Made by a program: the position numbers and the translations under genes. A DNA stretch of 64,000 nucleotides, taken from the NCBI GenBank assembly GCA_002269645.1, contig NIVC01000704.1:246996-310995 (forward strand). Reading direction: 5' to 3'. The stretch is from Macrostomum lignano. Taxonomy: Eukaryota. The notes below the pieces were generated by a model. The model was not told the DNA's origin. It searched no databases and saw nothing but the letters and a program-made list of their open reading frames with translations. How positions within the stretch are numbered: position 1 is the stretch's first letter; every line of letters begins with the position of its first letter. Below are positions 63,393 through 64,000 of this stretch, in pieces.

Positions 63393-63900
63393 GGAGCTGC
63401 AGTTCACTCTGCTGTGATTGGGCAGCAGCTCTGGGCTGCAGTTCACCCTGTTGTGATTGGGCAGCAGCTCTGAGCTGCAGTTCACTCTGCTGTGATTGGG
63501 CAGCAGCTCTGGGCTGCAGTTCACTCTGCTGTGATTGGGCAGCTCTGGGCTGCAGTTCACTCTGCTGTGATTGGGCAGCAGCTCTGGGCTGCAGTTCACT
63601 CTGCTGTGATTGGGCAGCAGCTCTGAGCTGCAGTTCACTCTGCTGTGATTGGGCAGCAGCTCTGGGCTGCAGTTCACTCTGCTGTGATTGGGCAGCAGCT
63701 CTGGGCTGCAGTTCACCCTGCTGTGATTGGGCAGCAGCTCTGGGCTGCAGTTCACCCTGGCGTGATAGGGTGGCAGTTCTGAGTTGCAGTTCACCCTGCT
63801 GTGATTGGGCAGCAGCTCTGAGCTGCAGTTCACTCTGCTGTGACTGGGCAGCAGCTCTGGGCTGCAGTTCACCCTGCTGTGATTGGGTGGCAGTTCTGAG
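63393..63900. repeat. 39-bp minisatellite, same family as 10166-10615
   Basis: Unit ctgggctgcagttcactctgctgtgattgggcagcagct. Confidence 0.95.
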
Positions 63901-64000
63901 CTTTCTGTAGAAACAAGATAGGGAACTGCAACCCCCTCAGAGCCAGCACTGCATCAGCTGCACAAAACCCCTGGCTTTGGTTTTGCTACGGGTCAGGGCT

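Overview
Eukaryotic animal genomic DNA. GC-rich exons, AT-rich spacers, about 30 unrelated minisatellite arrays and splice acceptors just upstream of start codons suggest a macrostomid flatworm such as Macrostomum lignano (inference only). Contents from left to right: two decayed RTE-like LINE fragments; an LZTS/Fez1-family gene (+); a minus-strand run of conserved genes (TXNL4A/Dim1, two identical RPS20 copies, SLMAP, ARP3, POLR1E/RPA49) with operon-like spacing between Dim1-RPS20 and RPS20-SLMAP; an AT-rich block containing a hAT MITE with an 8-bp TSD; and a 370-codon metallothionein-like gene of 71 CKCEN/CKCKD repeats with its own TATA box and one in-frame TGA at a Cys position. Beyond that are two membrane-protein genes, three small secreted peptide precursors (a GYxYL dipeptide precursor, a PDF/cerebrin-like amidated peptide, and a signal-peptide protein with a possible readthrough stop), and an uncharacterised multi-exon gene (-). 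Most long ORFs in the track are artefacts of tandem repeats or antisense shadows. Exon structures were assembled by hand from GT/AG sites and frame continuity; no database searches were run.
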